64,000 nt of DNA from Nemertoderma westbladi (taxonomy: Eukaryota; Animalia; Xenacoelomorpha), in NCBI GenBank assembly GCA_032718475.1, contig JAUCBJ010007509.1:6086-70085 (forward strand), written 5' to 3'. The notes under the pieces were generated by a model. It ran no database searches, had not been told where the DNA came from, and saw nothing but the letters and a program-made list of their open reading frames with translations. Position 1 is the stretch's first letter; every line of letters begins with the position of its first letter. A program made the translations under genes and the position numbers. This document shows, in pieces, positions 1 through 13,851 of the stretch.

Positions 1-512
1 TTCCAACCATTGAGGCGATCGGCTGGTGATTCAGCCTTAACCTTGGTGGTTGGTTGGCTTTTCCGCCCAGTAAGCAGATTGATCGATTTCCATGCCTGGG
101 ATGATTGCCTGCTGTCGTCAGCATCATTGATGGCATCAACCTGTTGGTTTATTAGCTCCTGTAGATTAACAGAGTACTGCCTGTTCAGGGATCTAGATGC
201 AGCTTTAACTGCATTCTTGGCCGCTGTAGTCTGTTTGAGTCGGGACTCTTTCTGCGCCTTATGAAGGTCATTTCGGCACTTCTGAATTTTGTTGTCAGTC
301 CAGGGGGCCCTTTTCCTGTTTCGAGGGTATACAGGAACTGTTTCTGCAGCTGCTAACTTAACTGCTTCTGTAAAGGCAGTATAGCCCTCACAGTGATCTG
401 CCGCCTCAGAGGCAAGAGCCTCATACCTGTTGCTCAGCTGTAGTGTGAAGCTGGATCTCACACTTGGCTGTTGCAACAGAGAGGACCAGTCATGCCGTGG
501 CAAGGCAGATTT
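1..512 (-). pseudogene. RTE-clade (RTE-X-like) LINE ORF fragment, linker between endonuclease and RT
   Basis: Minus-strand translation reads LPRHDWSSLL..FTLQLSNRYEAL..APWTD..AWKSINLLTGRK..RLNGW, typical of RTE-type ORF2; runs off the window edge. Confidence 0.7.
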
Positions 513-718
513 CGTATTATAGTATTAGTGATATAATTAGTAATAAAGTGTACAGTACAACATTATCATTCACTTCACTTCACAAATTGCCGTAGTCTTC
601 CCTCTAACCTACCAGCTATAACTGACTATACTTAATATCTCTACTAAGTTTGATATACTTACTTTTTCTGAGACATTTAGTAGTGACTTAACAGACATTC
701 TGAACTTAGATACCTTAA

Positions 719-2237
719 CCCTATTAGATATGAAACCTATAAAAATGTTGTACAAATACCGGGGGGTCATGGTAACTCCTCCTTCTAAAATCAACAAATT
801 TGTTTGTACGTAGATCTCACTAGTCCGAATCCGACCGAAAAAAAACAATTTAGAAAAAAATTACTGGGGTGATTATTTTGCTACACCAAAATTACAAGTA
901 TTGAACAATTTTCATAAAATTTGAAAGTTATAATTTTCGGCTAATTGTTTTTTAATACAGGTTTTCTGGGGAGCAAAATCCATTGGAAAGTGTTTAAAAT
1001 CATCTGATTACTAAATGGTTGTTTTAGTCCTTTACTTAGGCAAAAAATGAAAAAAACAAGTAACCAGCACTTTTTAGTTTGAACACAAAATTATCAATTC
1101 GCTTATACGATGCTATAAATTCACATTTTTAGGTTTTCTGGGGCGCTGATTCTAATGGAATGCATTTCTAATTTGCTAGATCAATTCTAATTATATTTTT
1201 CGGCATAATAAGGCAAATTTTGGTGCTAGCACCAAATTTCGTAGCCATCACCAAAAAGTACATGTTTGAGATGTCCAGTGCTGTTTTTATTGATTCCTTC
1301 GGATTCAGGACCCCCATAATCCCGTATCACGCAAGAAACAAGATGATACTATCTATTGATCAATTTTCTTATTTTCTAAAATTTGGTGCTGGCACAACAA
1401 TTTTCACCCACCGGCGAAAAATACAAGTTTGAAAACTCTTATGAAATTTTTACTGATTCCATTGAATTCAGAACCCTCACAAACCCGTATAACGCAAGAA
1501 ACAAGGTGACACAATTAATTGATATATTTGATGATTTTCAAAATTTGGTGCTAGCACCACATTTTGCACCCACTTCCGAAAAACACAAGTTAGAGATGTC
1601 TAGTTCGATAATTATATTCCATTGAATTCAGAACAGCCATAAACCTCTAAAACTATTGAATTATTTAACTATTGAATGGATTTTAAAAATTTCGTGCTGG
1701 CACCAAATTTTCACACAGCACCGAAAAATACAAGTTTGATACGCTTGGTGTAACTCGTATATATTCCAACAAAACGAGAACCCCAAAAAACCCCAATTGC
1801 GTAAAAAACAAGTTTCAAACAATCAATTTACAAAATTGACATATTTCAAAATTTGGTGCTGGCACCAAAATTTGGCACCCGCCGAAAAAAACAAGTTTAA
1901 AATTTCTAAAATAATTTATTGGAATTCCACCCAATTGCTAACACCAAAAAACAGGTGTAAATCAAAAATAGAGATGTTACAAATCATATTTAATGAAATG
2001 TAATTTTCAAAAAACGTCTCAAAAAAGTGCCAAAAGCAGGGTTAAAAAATGGTGCTATAACTCGAAAACTACTCAATATTTTTGAAAACGGTTTTCACTA
2101 CCTACTAGGAAGACAATAGATTTTTAGGAAAAGATATAAAATTTCAGATTCCCTACTGCGTTTGTTTCAGAATTATAATAAAAAAACCACAGGGGGGGGG
2201 GGGGGGGGTCATGACCCGCCCCCCGCGTTTAATAGGG
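719..2237. mobile_element. Non-autonomous DNA transposon with TTAA target duplication (piggyBac-type termini)
   Basis: TTAA(715-718)|CCCTATTA ... TAATAGGG|TTAA(2238-2241); GGGGGTCATG subterminal motif at both ends; no transposase ORF inside. Confidence 0.7.
1216..1900. repeat. ~150-165-bp tandem array, each unit starting with the palindrome AAATTTGGTGCTAGCACCAAATTT
   Basis: Palindrome variants at ~1216, 1380, 1541, 1688 and 1849; the intervening sequences are homologous to each other. Confidence 0.85.
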
Positions 2238-2259
2238 TTAATCTGTCTTAAGCCAGATA

Positions 2260-4560
2260 TTGCCTGTGTCATTTTGATTTGTTATTGTCCGTATGTGTTC
2301 CCCCCACTCCAATCTATTGTCAATAAATACACCAAGTTATTTTATATGATCCGACTGTTTTATTATTGTTTTTGAATCATTTGCTAGATCGAGGCTAATT
2401 TCACCTGTTTCTGGTGTCCTAGGTGCTAATGACATAAAGTTTTTTTCAGTTTTTTGATTGTTTAAATAAAGATGCAGCGAAGAGAAAATATTTTCTAGTT
2501 TATTTATTTGTTGAGATAGTAAGTTTACAAATTCTTGTTTATTTTTATGTGCGGAGTATATTAAAGTATCATCCGCGAACTGTACCATGTTGAGATCAGT
2601 TGTAGAGACTAAAGAGTTTACATACATTCGAAATATAATTGGACCTTGTGAGTGAACCCTTGTGGAACGTGGGATTTGTTCCCATGTAGGTAGAAGTGGT
2701 CCCATTAACTTTCACCCTTTGAAATCGAGGAATGAGAAAATTACTTATCATGCTAACAACGGTGCTGTGGAAGTTCAATTCTTGTAATTTAATTAATAGT
2801 TATGGAGTGGTTCAGGGATTTAAAAGCCCTGCTGATATCTAGGGCCACTATTATTGCTACGTATTCTCCTTTATTTAGATTACCGCACCATGTTTCTGTA
2901 GCATAGATTATGGCATCCCTTGTTGGATATGATTTGCAAAATCCAAATTGTGTAGTACGTAATAGATTATATTTATTTAATTATTGTATTTTGTATTATT
3001 TGTATGTAAAATACTTTTTCGAATATTTTGTCAAAAGTGGATGTAACGGATATAGGTCTATAATTTTCGGGATCATCGATTTATCCCCTTTTGTACACAG
3101 GTGTATTTTCGGCAAATTTTAATTTATAAGGAAATACTGAGCGAGTAATAGATTGATTTATTATATGCGTGAGTGGGAATACTATTTTTGGTGAAAGTAT
3201 TTTGATTTCTTTAGGAGTATGGATGACGGGCCGGGTGATCTACTGTGATTATGTCTATATTTTTGAAACTGAAGACGACATTTTTGGTAAATCCGTATTT
3301 ACATAATTTTGAATATTGGTTGCAATATTTGTTATCCCCATAAACTTACCCATAGCCAAATATGTTTTGTTAAATAGCTTAGCAATTCCTAGTTTATCTT
3401 TGATCAAATTATTGTTTTGTTTATCCTTCAATTCAGAAATATGACAAACCTTAGCATTCATATTTAGGATGTTATTAAATATCTTCCACTTATCTCCCGG
3501 GTATTTGGTTCCTGAAAATTTATATCTAATATATTTGTTTTTTAACTGTTAGGTCATGGCGTTGAAACTGTTTCGGCTTAATTTAAATTTTGCATAATTT
3601 TCGATTGTTTTATCATTTCGCCATTCTCCAAAGTTTATTTTTTTAATATTGCATAAGTTTTGTAATTTATCATTCCACCAAAATGGCTGCAATACTCGTT
3701 TGTTTTTATTACCTGGCGAAATTAATTTCCGCCGGATCGGTGCATGTTTATTTAGGGCTTTTAAAATTTGACTCTTGAAAAATTAATATGCTTCATTGAC
3801 ATCTGTGATTTGGTAAATATTACTCCAATTAATTTTATTTAAATCAGTAAGAAATGCATTCTCGTTAAATTCAGTGAAATCGCGAAATTCCTTCCATGTT
3901 TTGGTTTTAATGTCCGTGTTGTTATTATTTATTTTGGTGCTTTTTGCAATTACGAATTCGTGGTCTGAAAAATCACAAAATGCTACCATTAAATCTGTTA
4001 TAAATCATTTTGTTGTGATAAAGATCTATTAATGAGTTATTTGTTTTTCCATATCTAGTGGGTTGTGTTTTATCTGGTATAACCAAGTTGTATAGTGCAA
4101 TTAATGTATCTAAATTGTCAGAATTGATATCGCGGTGAAGTCATCAATATTGAGGTCCTCCATGATAATTATCTTGTCCCGGTCACTGTTAATAGCGTTC
4201 TCTATTTCTTCAGTAAAATTTACAAGAAAGACTGGTGCTATTTTTTTGGAGCTATTTTTCATTTACAATCTCGACCCAGAGGGATTAATGAGGAACATTC
4301 AGGTTTGGTTTAATAACGGCCATTTGAAGCTAACATTTCATTTTGGAAGGGACATACAAAACGACTCCTCCACCCTTTCGGCGCTTGCGGTCTTGTCTGT
4401 AGATAATAGATTAGGAGATATATAAATTAAGAGTTTATTATTTCAGAACTTGACAGCTTAGAAATGCCTATTGAATTTATAAACTTTTATAGAGTGGACT
4501 TATATTTTATGCCATAAACGAGTTCGGATAGCACCTGTTTGCAATATTAGTTTTCTTGCA
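2260..4560 (-). pseudogene. Degenerate CR1/L2-group LINE ORF2 (APE endonuclease + RT)
   Basis: Fragments FSDHEFVIA (endonuclease C-terminus), FRDFTEFNENAFLTDLNKINWSNIY, RFQRVKVNG and QFADDTLIY (RT catalytic motif); many stops and frameshifts. Confidence 0.85.
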
Positions 4561-5249
4561 CATATATTAATTATTCTCTAACCGTTAGATCCATAACAAT
4601 TGATGATTGACACTTTTTTGTTTTATAGTCAGGTTTCTGTTTTATATCAGCCCAAGCAATTTTCTTCGTTACGTTGGTATTCCTAAAGTTAACAAACGAA
4701 TTATTAATTAGTAATTAAGGCGGAGGTGCTTGATTTGAAACTAAATTCACATCCCTATTTTTACATAAACTTATCTTTTTACATTTCAGATGACGTAGAA
4801 CTGAATTATATCTATAATGGGAATATTATCTCACAGAGTGGAATGGAATAGTATAACTCGTAATTATCATGGATATAATATTGTGGTTATAAATAAGTGA
4901 ACGAAGTTTCGAACGTTATTAAACGAAGTTTGAAGGATGAACAAATATACTGAATGTAATAAAATACCTTTTCTTGATACTTTTACACGAATGGCGTTTA
5001 TAATCGATAATGCCCATAAACAATATGGTGATGAAGTTTAGGAACAAACAGACAAGAACGTAGCCCTGGGTGGCCGACCATTTACCAGGTGGATGTGTAG
5101 CGAATACTCGTGAGTTAATCCGAATCATGCTGAAAGTGAAACAAAAAACAAGAAATTTATTTATAATAAAGGTAATCGAAATAGTTTGAATATAGTAAGT
5201 GTACAGTAAACTCGCAGGCAGTGAACATCGGTTTCGGATGTGGGTTCAA

Positions 5250-5570
5250 CATTTTGGTGCTAGCACGAAAACTTGCCATATTACGCCAAAATTATGCCAA
5301 TAAATACCACTTGAATTGAGCTGAGCATTTGAAAAGTACGACACTAGAATCCATTTTCCTCAGAAAACGTAAAAGGTGAAATTATAGCATATTATTTATT
5401 ATAACTCAATTCAAAATTTTTGGATCAAACTGAAAAGTGCTGGATATTTGATTTTTTCATTTTTTGCCTACATAGAGGCCTGAAAATGCCATTTATATTA
5501 CTGTAGTAAACAGATGAATTTAAAAACGTCTTCAAGGGGATTCAGCCCCCCAATAAACCAATATACATTA
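5250..5570 (-). mobile_element. Diverged inverted fragment related to the 719-2237 element
   Basis: Reverse complement resembles ~940-1240 (TTTTGGTGCTAGCAC, AAAAGTGCTGG, TTTTTTCATTTTTTGCCTA). Confidence 0.65.
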
Positions 5571-7244
5571 ACTACAGAACTAGGAGGTCTAACTCATAAC
5601 TGCCTAATTAATATTTATTAATTTGTTATTGTTGTATTGGCAACAATGATGACGTCAGTGTCTCGGAGAAGTCAGTCAGGAAACGGGATAACGACAGCCG
5701 ACACGTATGATGTACTACAGGACAGGGAGGATGGGAGGTCAACTAGTGACAGGAGTTCTGAAGGCGAGGCTTCTGTCTCAAGTGGGGAAACAGGAATGAT
5801 TATTGTCAACCCAGTGCTATGCCTGTTACTTTATGGGTTGTCGACTTGTGCTTTTGCAGTAACAACCGAAGTTTATTTAAAACGATATACCCCAGAAGAA
5901 ATACTGGAAAGCTAATTCTCTTCTTTTCAACAATATTGGGGTTTGCAGACAAATATTTGGGGAGTTACATTACAGACGGGATACAAAAGAGAGACCAACA
6001 GCGTTCACTAATCTACAAGATATATATACAAGAATCTTTCCAAATATGATAATTCAGATAAGCTGCCCACAATTGCAGTTAGATTCGTTATCATTACCGG
6101 TACTAGTTTCCAGTGATAAAGTTATGGAAACGGAATGTTACTCTCAGTTATCACTCATTACTGATAAATTAACATCACTTGAAGCCAAAAAGTCAGTCTA
6201 TGGGATAGATTTATAAAAACGGATACCTCAGAAGTATGTTGTTGGAATAGGTGACAGGGTGGTACCGGTACCAGAAGTGGAGAACCTGTAAACCTCTAAC
6301 ATTTGAGGTTACAGCCGGGAACATCATGCTTATGTACCATGAAGAAGCGGGGAAGGCGAGCTTTTGAATAAACTTTCGAGATCTAGCAAAGGCCCTACAC
6401 TCTTCTACATGGCACACTGGTGTCTGTCACAAATTCCAATTGTCAATTAATACAAATTCCAACAATGATTCTACTAGTAGTAGTAGTAGCATCACTTCCC
6501 ATCCAGATACTGCAGTATCATAATTCTACAGGTGCTGCTTGCAATGACATATTATTGGCGATATTGTGATTTTTCTTACAACTCCATTGATGTACACGAG
6601 GTCAGTAACACTGTCTTGATAACCTAGAATTAATAACAATTTGGGATATATTTCATGGATATTATATGTTTAGTTGTAACAATTTAAATAATTTTTATAC
6701 ATCGACTATCAATCATTGTTTTAGCACAGATCATTTTCGACATTGGGCGAGGTGATCGAATCTATAGCAATTGCCATGTGAAGCTGGAACATAATGAACA
6801 GCTGGTTCCATTACCAGAGTGGTTCCTTAAAGCCACTAACAATGCCTGTAAGTTGAGCAACAATACCCAGGTCGAAAATTTCGGTATATATTTGAGAAAT
6901 ATGTTTGTCCCAGTTTGACTACTCTGCTATCTTCTATGATATTTAATATTATGGACATATATTATGGACTTAAATTATATATATATTATGGACAAATAGG
7001 GTCAACTGCCATATTCTCACAATGTGTAATTCGTTTTGCATTGAAAATGAGTTATACTTTTAGACAAGCTTATAAACTAATCGATGGCGAAATTTAATTG
7101 CCGTCGCTAACTCTACTTAATAATCTTCAGAAATTATATTTTATTTATATTTCACGTCAAGCTACTAATAGTAAAAAATGTAAGCGGATTCAGTTCCGCT
7201 GCATTACCCTCATAAATGGGAAGTGGCACCTTTTTTCAGTAACA

Positions 7245-7773
7245 TGTTGGAGGTACGAGATTGGTAATAACCAATCTCGTTTCACAATCCAACATAGGGG
7301 ACAAAACAACCCCAAAGCCACACAAAGGGAGGTCAGAGGTCAAAATCACCTCGGGAGGGATGAACAACCAGCAGGGGCCAACAGGGGGGGGGGGGGGGGG
7401 GGGGCACTCCCAGAGAGAGTGGGAGGCGTGAAGTAGATTATCAGCCAATAGGGGCAGGGGAGAGCATCCACTGGATGAAAGGCCACAGCAGCGTAGGAGT
7501 GATTACATATATTGTCAAAGCATATTACCATACCGGTTCAGTTACTCAGTCATCAGTTTAGTGCAGACCGGTGATATTTTACACTGTCACCATCACCGAC
7601 ACACATACATCTACCGGTACCCATCTTATATTATCAATGGTGCTTAACTGCAATTCTTACTGTGTTATTACTGATACTGTTATCTAAAATATCAAGACAC
7701 AACATCAATCAACCCTTATTGTTTTCACTATGACGGCCTCGGCCTGGATATCAGAAATCCCTAAGGTAAAACA
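7245..7773 (+). mobile_element. Putative 5' LTR of a BEL/Pao-like retrotransposon
   Basis: Starts TGTTGG, ends GGTAAAACA, followed by PBS-like CGGTGACGCG and a gag-like ORF 90 bp later; no partner LTR seen. Confidence 0.45.
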
Positions 7774-7863
7774 CGGTGACGCGTAGTATACAAATCCGGT
7801 CGGGATCCCTTGATCCCGTCAGTGTAAAATTACCAACTACCGAACTGTGACTGTAAAATAAAG

Positions 7864-9300
7864 ATGAGCGCAGGAGGACCCCAACTATCAGAGGGAGAGA
7901 GGACACCGCCGCGGACCCCGGACGACACCAACCAAACGATCCGCGAGGCTGTGACGCGAGGGTATCGACCTGCGACGCCGGATTTGCCGATGAGGGATGA
8001 TCCGGCATCCCAAGCGGAGGGCGGCCGTCTACCACTAGGAAGGGACGAGTCGACGCACGACGGCGGTCAGAGTACCGAAGTCGCCGGCCAGCCACAGGCC
8101 GACGGACGGCCCACCGGAACAGCGACGGTGGGGCCGCCGGTACAATGCCGAACCAGGAGAGGAGGAGGAGATGTCGGCGAAGAGGACGTCAGGACCAGCA
8201 ATCGGCTTCGACTGGCCTACAATGCCACCAATAAACTATTGAAGGAGGCCAAAGAGGGAGAGAAGGTAAATGAGGGGAAGTTGAGCCAGAGACTAGGTGA
8301 GTCGAATAAACAATTCCGATATCTAGTTCGTTTCGGGCAGGGAGAATTGGCGAGTGAGAGAGTGAGGGGGGTCGCCACCGAACTATTCGAACTGTGGCGA
8401 TCCGGGGTTATGGAGCCTGAAGTGGTGTACGTAGGGCCGTATTTAGTGGATGCTAGGGGAATTAAGTTAGTGGGTTGGGCAGATCCGCACGAGGGCCAAC
8501 CCGAGTTTAACCCCGAGGATTCAGTCTTGTCGGTTAGCGAGAACCCCAGAAAGCGGGGGAAAATTAGTAGGACAGAGAGGCGACGGGAGTCCGTTGCGAC
8601 CGATAAGTCCACTACATCCTCCGCGAAAGCAAGAAGGGTGTTGGAAATAGATCTGGCGTGTCAATTAGACATGGTGGCGCTGGACCAGAAAGAACTAGAG
8701 AGGCAGTTGGATGAGGGAACTGCGCTGTTAGAGAAAGAGAGAGAGTTGGCGAGGGAGTAGCAGAGAGGGTAGCGAGAAATTGTAGAGAGCAAGAAGAGAG
8801 AGAGGCAGAGGAATGTAAGGAGCGAGAAACGAGAGTAGAGAAGGAACGTAAGGAGCGAGAAACGAGAGTAGAGAAGGAAAAGAGCGAGAAGTGAGAGAGG
8901 CAATGAGGATAGAGAGATAAATGAATGAACATAAAGAGCGGGAAGTGAGAATAGAGAGCGAGCATAGAGAGCGGGTGGCGAGAGAAACAGAGTCTGCGAA
9001 CCAGAGTTTGTGAGAGGATAGAGAGAGAGAGCGTGGGAAAGCGCATGCGGGTTGATATGCATGCCCGGTTGTGTGGGCTTATGCAATATCAGGCCAAACA
9101 GAAGCGCCGACTGGAACTGGCGCAGTTGGGATTACCTGAGAGTGAGGCTGGCTCGGTTAGTATTTACGAGGAGCCAGAGGTTATGGAAACGTTTGTAAAT
9201 ACCCCACTTACAGGGACCGGACGACAGACCCAAGACTTGGTAACTTTGTTCTCTAAGAAAAGAGCTTTCGAATGAGCCTAAAACGAACTTCGTACGACCA
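7864..9300 (+). pseudogene. Gag-like N-terminal region (E/K/R-rich coiled coil), disrupted and truncated
   Basis: 298-aa ORF with SSAKARRVLEIDL..ELERQL motif as in BEL/Pao gag; continues as a purine-rich coiled coil with stops and frameshifts; ends near the EnSpm terminus. Confidence 0.5.
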
Positions 9301-10625
9301 CTAGAACTGGAGATTATACATTTTGAAGATCTCCGATGACCAATAAGTCTATTCCGTGTAATCGCGCAAAGACCGCCCTAGTAGCACATAACGTTCACAA
9401 ACAGCTTTTGGACGTTGAGAACATGTCCACTCCATAAACGTCGCACATACTGTACCAGATTTTAACGTTCTAAATTAGTCTCCATATAATAACGCCTAAA
9501 TGGTGTTGGTGTTTCAACTGAAAAGTAACGTTCATTAATGGTATCAGTTAATTTCCCGTTCATGTTCTTGGACGTTTGAATGGCGTCCCAAGCAATAACC
9601 AGTTCAATTTGAGTTCATAAACTGATAATTAACGATTTGTAAATGGCAACAGTTTAATTTCCGTGCTATTGTGAACGTTTGAATAATGTTCAATATCCAA
9701 TACAACTTAACCAGTTCAATTTCAGTTCCGCAATTTTTCCTCACATAAATAAATGTCGTTCAAAAAATGTTCCAAAATTATGTATGGTACACGATATCAT
9801 AACCGTAGTTCAAAATCAGTTCAATTGTACGCATTTTCTGTTCAAAATGATAATGCTCTGAACGAAAAACTTTTCCACGCTTTTGTACACCATTGTAATG
9901 TTTTGGAAGTGTCTGTACATGAGTCATACTTTAGTAGTTACATCAGGCAAAAGTAGAACTGCAATTGCGTACTTAAATGTTTGTTGTACCACAGCAAAGT
10001 ATCCTAATATAACATACGCAGTTTTGTATGGGTTTAGTAACTATAATTTATCACATAGTTATTTCGATTTGGATCAAACATTTGGTACTGTAATAAATTT
10101 GAATAATACTATACGCGTATATGGTAGAAGAACGTGTACGGTTTTTTTTTAATAATTACCGGCATTATTTACTACTAAGGTACATGATATAAACTACTTT
10201 ATTAATAGTTTTCTCTAGGCCTAGATAAAAAATCAATATTTTTTGCTACTATAAATATGCGAGGCTTGGGGGGGGGGGGGGGGGGGGGGTGGAGGACGCA
10301 AATCCCATCTTATCGAAATTAATATATCTGTATAGGGCCTATCGTCTGAAGTTAAATTATCAATTACCGGTAAAGAAAATACACTTTATTCTTACCAAAA
10401 CAATAAACGAAAGTCCATAGTTAACAGTTTTATTTTTGAGAACAATAACCTTTTTTTGCATCAATTTCCCCCTAGACAATGGTTGTGTTTGATTGCATCT
10501 CGTGAGTCCCCCACCCCCTCGCCGCCCGCCCTATCTGAAAGATACAGTACCGGTAGATAACATCATCGAATACATTATGTACATTATGTATTTTAAGTGG
10601 TGTGAGGTACAGTAGGCCCAACAGA

Positions 10626-12848
10626 ATGCCGAAGTATTTATGTAATAACACAATAAGAAAGAGGGCACGGCGGAAATCTCAGGCCGTTATATCTACTATT
10701 CCTGGATGCTGCTCTTCTGCTGTTTCCTCTGAACTTCCTCAAAATCTTCCCCCAACTTTAGCTTCAGTTTCAGATACTCACTTTAAATATGGTGAAAATA
10801 ATTGTAATGCCAGTCTACCCGTTCTGGGGTCATTGGAAATGGACATTGAGTGTGATTTGCAGCAATCAGAAAATTTTGAATGCCCTGCAAATGACAATAT
10901 ATATGATAGTGATTCAATTTATTGTTCTGATTCGAGTGTTAGCAATTGTAGTGATAGTGACATCGATATATCGAATTACCAAAGTCATTATAGTGATGCA
11001 AGTGATAGAGATACATAATATATTAATGATGCTAGTGACTTTTATTCCAGACCTACAAATTTTCCAATTCAAGCAAAGCTAGCCATGTGGGCATTGTCAG
11101 GAAATGTGACACATAAAAATGTAACGAGTCTTCTAAAAATTCTTCATGGCACTATTCCAGATTTGCCTTTGGATTCTAGAACATTGCTTAAAACTCCTCG
11201 AACTAGGCATAAAACTAAGATAATTGGAAGTGGATTTTATGCGCATTATGGAATAAGAGAACATCTTTTAAAATTTTGCTCACGAGATGATATTGGTCTC
11301 ATTAAACTAGTTGTAACAACCATTATTAATGATTTAATTATTGAAATTGGTCTCGCGATAAATATTGATGGATTACCACTGTTTAGTAGCTCCAGTACCG
11401 AATTCTGGCCAATTTTAGGCACATTTTATTTTCCAGAAAAAGGGATTCGTTCCCATCCTGTAATTATTGGATTGTATTGCGGACCATGTAAGCCATCTAA
11501 CGTTGATGATTATCTAGAGGATCTTGTGAACGAATTACAAGATATGTTAACTAATAAAATTGCATTAAGAGATCAAGTACTAATTGCATTGAAGTTGCAG
11601 CGCTTTATTTGTGACTATCCAGCTCGTGTTTACATATTGAAAATAAAATCCCATGCCGGATACTTTGGTTGTGATAAATGTGAATGTAAAGGAAAGCATT
11701 ATTCCTGTGTCACATTTGATAAAATAAATGCCAAATTGCGCACCGATAAATCTTTTAGAGAAAAAGGTAACCCAAGTCATCACAATGGTGTTTCAATTTT
11801 GGAAAAGTTACCGATTAAGATGTTGGAAGATTTCCCAATAGATGCTATGCATCAGGTATTTTTAGGTACAATGAGAAAATTGTTGAGAGGTTGGTCAAGG
11901 GGAAAATCATTTATTAAGCTCAATACTGGTGATGTTGAGAAAATATCTTCTCGCTTACTGTCAATGCAAGTGCCTTTCGAATTTGCGAGAAAACCTCGTA
12001 CGTTAAAAGATATAGATAGGTGGAAAGCCTCTGAGTTCCGGCAGTTTTTGCTTTACACAGGACCTGTGGTCCTTCAGGGTGTCCTCCCACTAGCCCAGTT
12101 TAAGCATTTCCTGATGTTGCACGTGGCTATACGTATATTGAGTTTCTGGGAGGATTCTGCAGCAATTGATTATGCTGAAAAACTTTTGCGAGAATTTGTT
12201 TCATTGGTTATGACAATTTATTCTCCTTTACTCCTCTCATATAATGTTCACTCTTTAATTCATCTGGCAAATGATGTCAGGCTACATGGGAAACTTATGA
12301 ATACAAGTGCATTTATATACGAGTCGTTTTTATATCAAGTGAAGAGAACAGTTCGCTCTTATAGTAACCTTCTAGGACAGATGCATAGACGTATTCATGA
12401 GTTATCTCATTTTAATATGACACTTGGAGATCATTCGAACCCATGCAATGAAAAAGCAAATGTAATTTGCAGTAGAATCGAAATTTTGCCATCCGAATAT
12501 GCCGCGGATTTCTCAGGCTATTCTATTGCGAAGAATGATCTATTTACATTTTCAACAAAATCGCCCAACAATGTTGTATCATATGATAACAAGATTTTTA
12601 AAGTTATTCACATAGTCAAGGATAAATTAAATGCTGAAGTGTCGTTCGTGCTGCTGGAATATATCAGTGTTTCTATACTCTTTGGATACCCTTGTGCCTC
12701 AAATAGTATTGGAATTGTTAAAGTTAAGAATAATATGTTTTCAAACAATCACAAGCGTATACTTCTTAGCCAACTAACAAAGATGTTTCCTATAAAAATT
12801 CCAGACACAACTGACCTTGCCATATTTCCTCTTTTGCATGGCGATTAA
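10626..12848 (+). pseudogene. EnSpm/CACTA-type DDE transposase (~740 aa) with one in-frame stop
   Basis: ORFs 10602-11018 and 11085-12848 share a frame, separated only by TAA at 11016-11018; motifs LPLDSRTLLKTP, NIDGLPLF..FWPIL, FICDYPAR, HAGYFGCDKC, DAMHQVFLG, WKASEFRQFLLY, YNVHSLIHL. Confidence 0.9.
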
Positions 12849-13041
12849 TTAATTATTGAATAGTAAAAAAAATTGTCTAATCTAAAGTACATAACTTCAT
12901 CTACTGAAGTACGGTACGTTTGTTATACAATATTTAACTCAACTGTGTAAATTAAACTATAAAGGCAAAGCGAAAATTTAAACCGTATATAAACTGTGAA
13001 GATATTGCATCTCAACTGACGAATTATAATATTAATTAGTA

Positions 13042-13254
13042 ATGAAGACATATGTAATAGTTCATTTTATTGGAAATGACTCCGTGGACTGGGCGCCGTC
13101 GTTGTGGCTAGCAAATAAGGAACTGCCCCCTAAGGAATCTATGGTGCATATACATTGGCCTCAAAGAAATGCGGGAGGATTGAGACGAAAACTCCAAGCA
13201 GATTTGAATATTGCGACATGGCCCATGTTTGAAGTCAAATACTGAATTATACAG
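13042..13254 (+). pseudogene. N-terminal exon of an EnSpm accessory ORF2 (DUF4806-type protein)
   Basis: YVIVHF..SVDWAPSLWL..HWP..TWP resembles the N-terminus of animal EnSpm second proteins; followed by an AG|GTTGGT donor-like site. Confidence 0.55.
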
Positions 13255-13851
13255 GTTGGTATTATTAAATTATATTATTATAATAAATATTATTATTATT
13301 GTGTTAGTGACATGATATAAACTTAATTATGGGCTTTGGGGTGATACATCACGGCGTGAAATAAAGCAACAGTATTCTTTCAGTAATTGTACCATATTCT
13401 ACGGTCAAGCTGAGGTAGGCCAATCAGTACCATAAGTAGCATAAGTATAAGTATTATATTAAGCATTATAAGCATAAGTATAATACTGCTGTTCTCTCAG
13501 GCTATCAGTACCGGTTAGTATATATATAGCACTATTTTGCTGTATTGTATGTACAGATGTAGGTATAAAGCAGGTATTTCTGTATTTTAGTACCGGTACC
13601 GGCACTGGTACTGCTATAGGCCTACTGTGTAGCCTACCATTTAAATACGGTTATTTTAGGCCTACCGGTTGTGCTAATAAATTTTAAATAATTGATAGGC
13701 GAAACTGGATTGCAGGATTGTGGAAAATGTGGATATACCTTTCACATAATTTAGGCCTTACTGTATTAGTTTTATAATCAATAATGGATCATGACTACTG
13801 TCTGAGTAGTGTTACGGATAGCGGCTCCACTACTTCCAACAGCACAGAAGG

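Larger units (their letters stand above)
9376..13254 (+). mobile_element. EnSpm/CACTA (CMC superfamily) DNA transposon, left part
   Basis: Terminus CCCTAGTAGCACATAACGTT, subterminal AACGTT/GACGTT motifs at 9390-9680, transposase gene and first exon of ORF2. Confidence 0.75.

Noticed and set aside
1216-1900. CRISPR-like array of palindromic repeats
   Set aside because: The spacers are ~140 bp and homologous to each other, there are no cas genes and the context is eukaryotic; it is a tandem repeat.
7384-7405. Long G/C homopolymers (also ~2192, 10268, 45215, 60030) as functional G-quadruplexes
   Set aside because: Simple homopolymer runs within repeats, with unreliable length and no supporting context.
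8217-9086. Minus-strand Leu/Ser-rich ORFs
   Set aside because: Antisense shadows of the purine-rich coiled-coil gag region.
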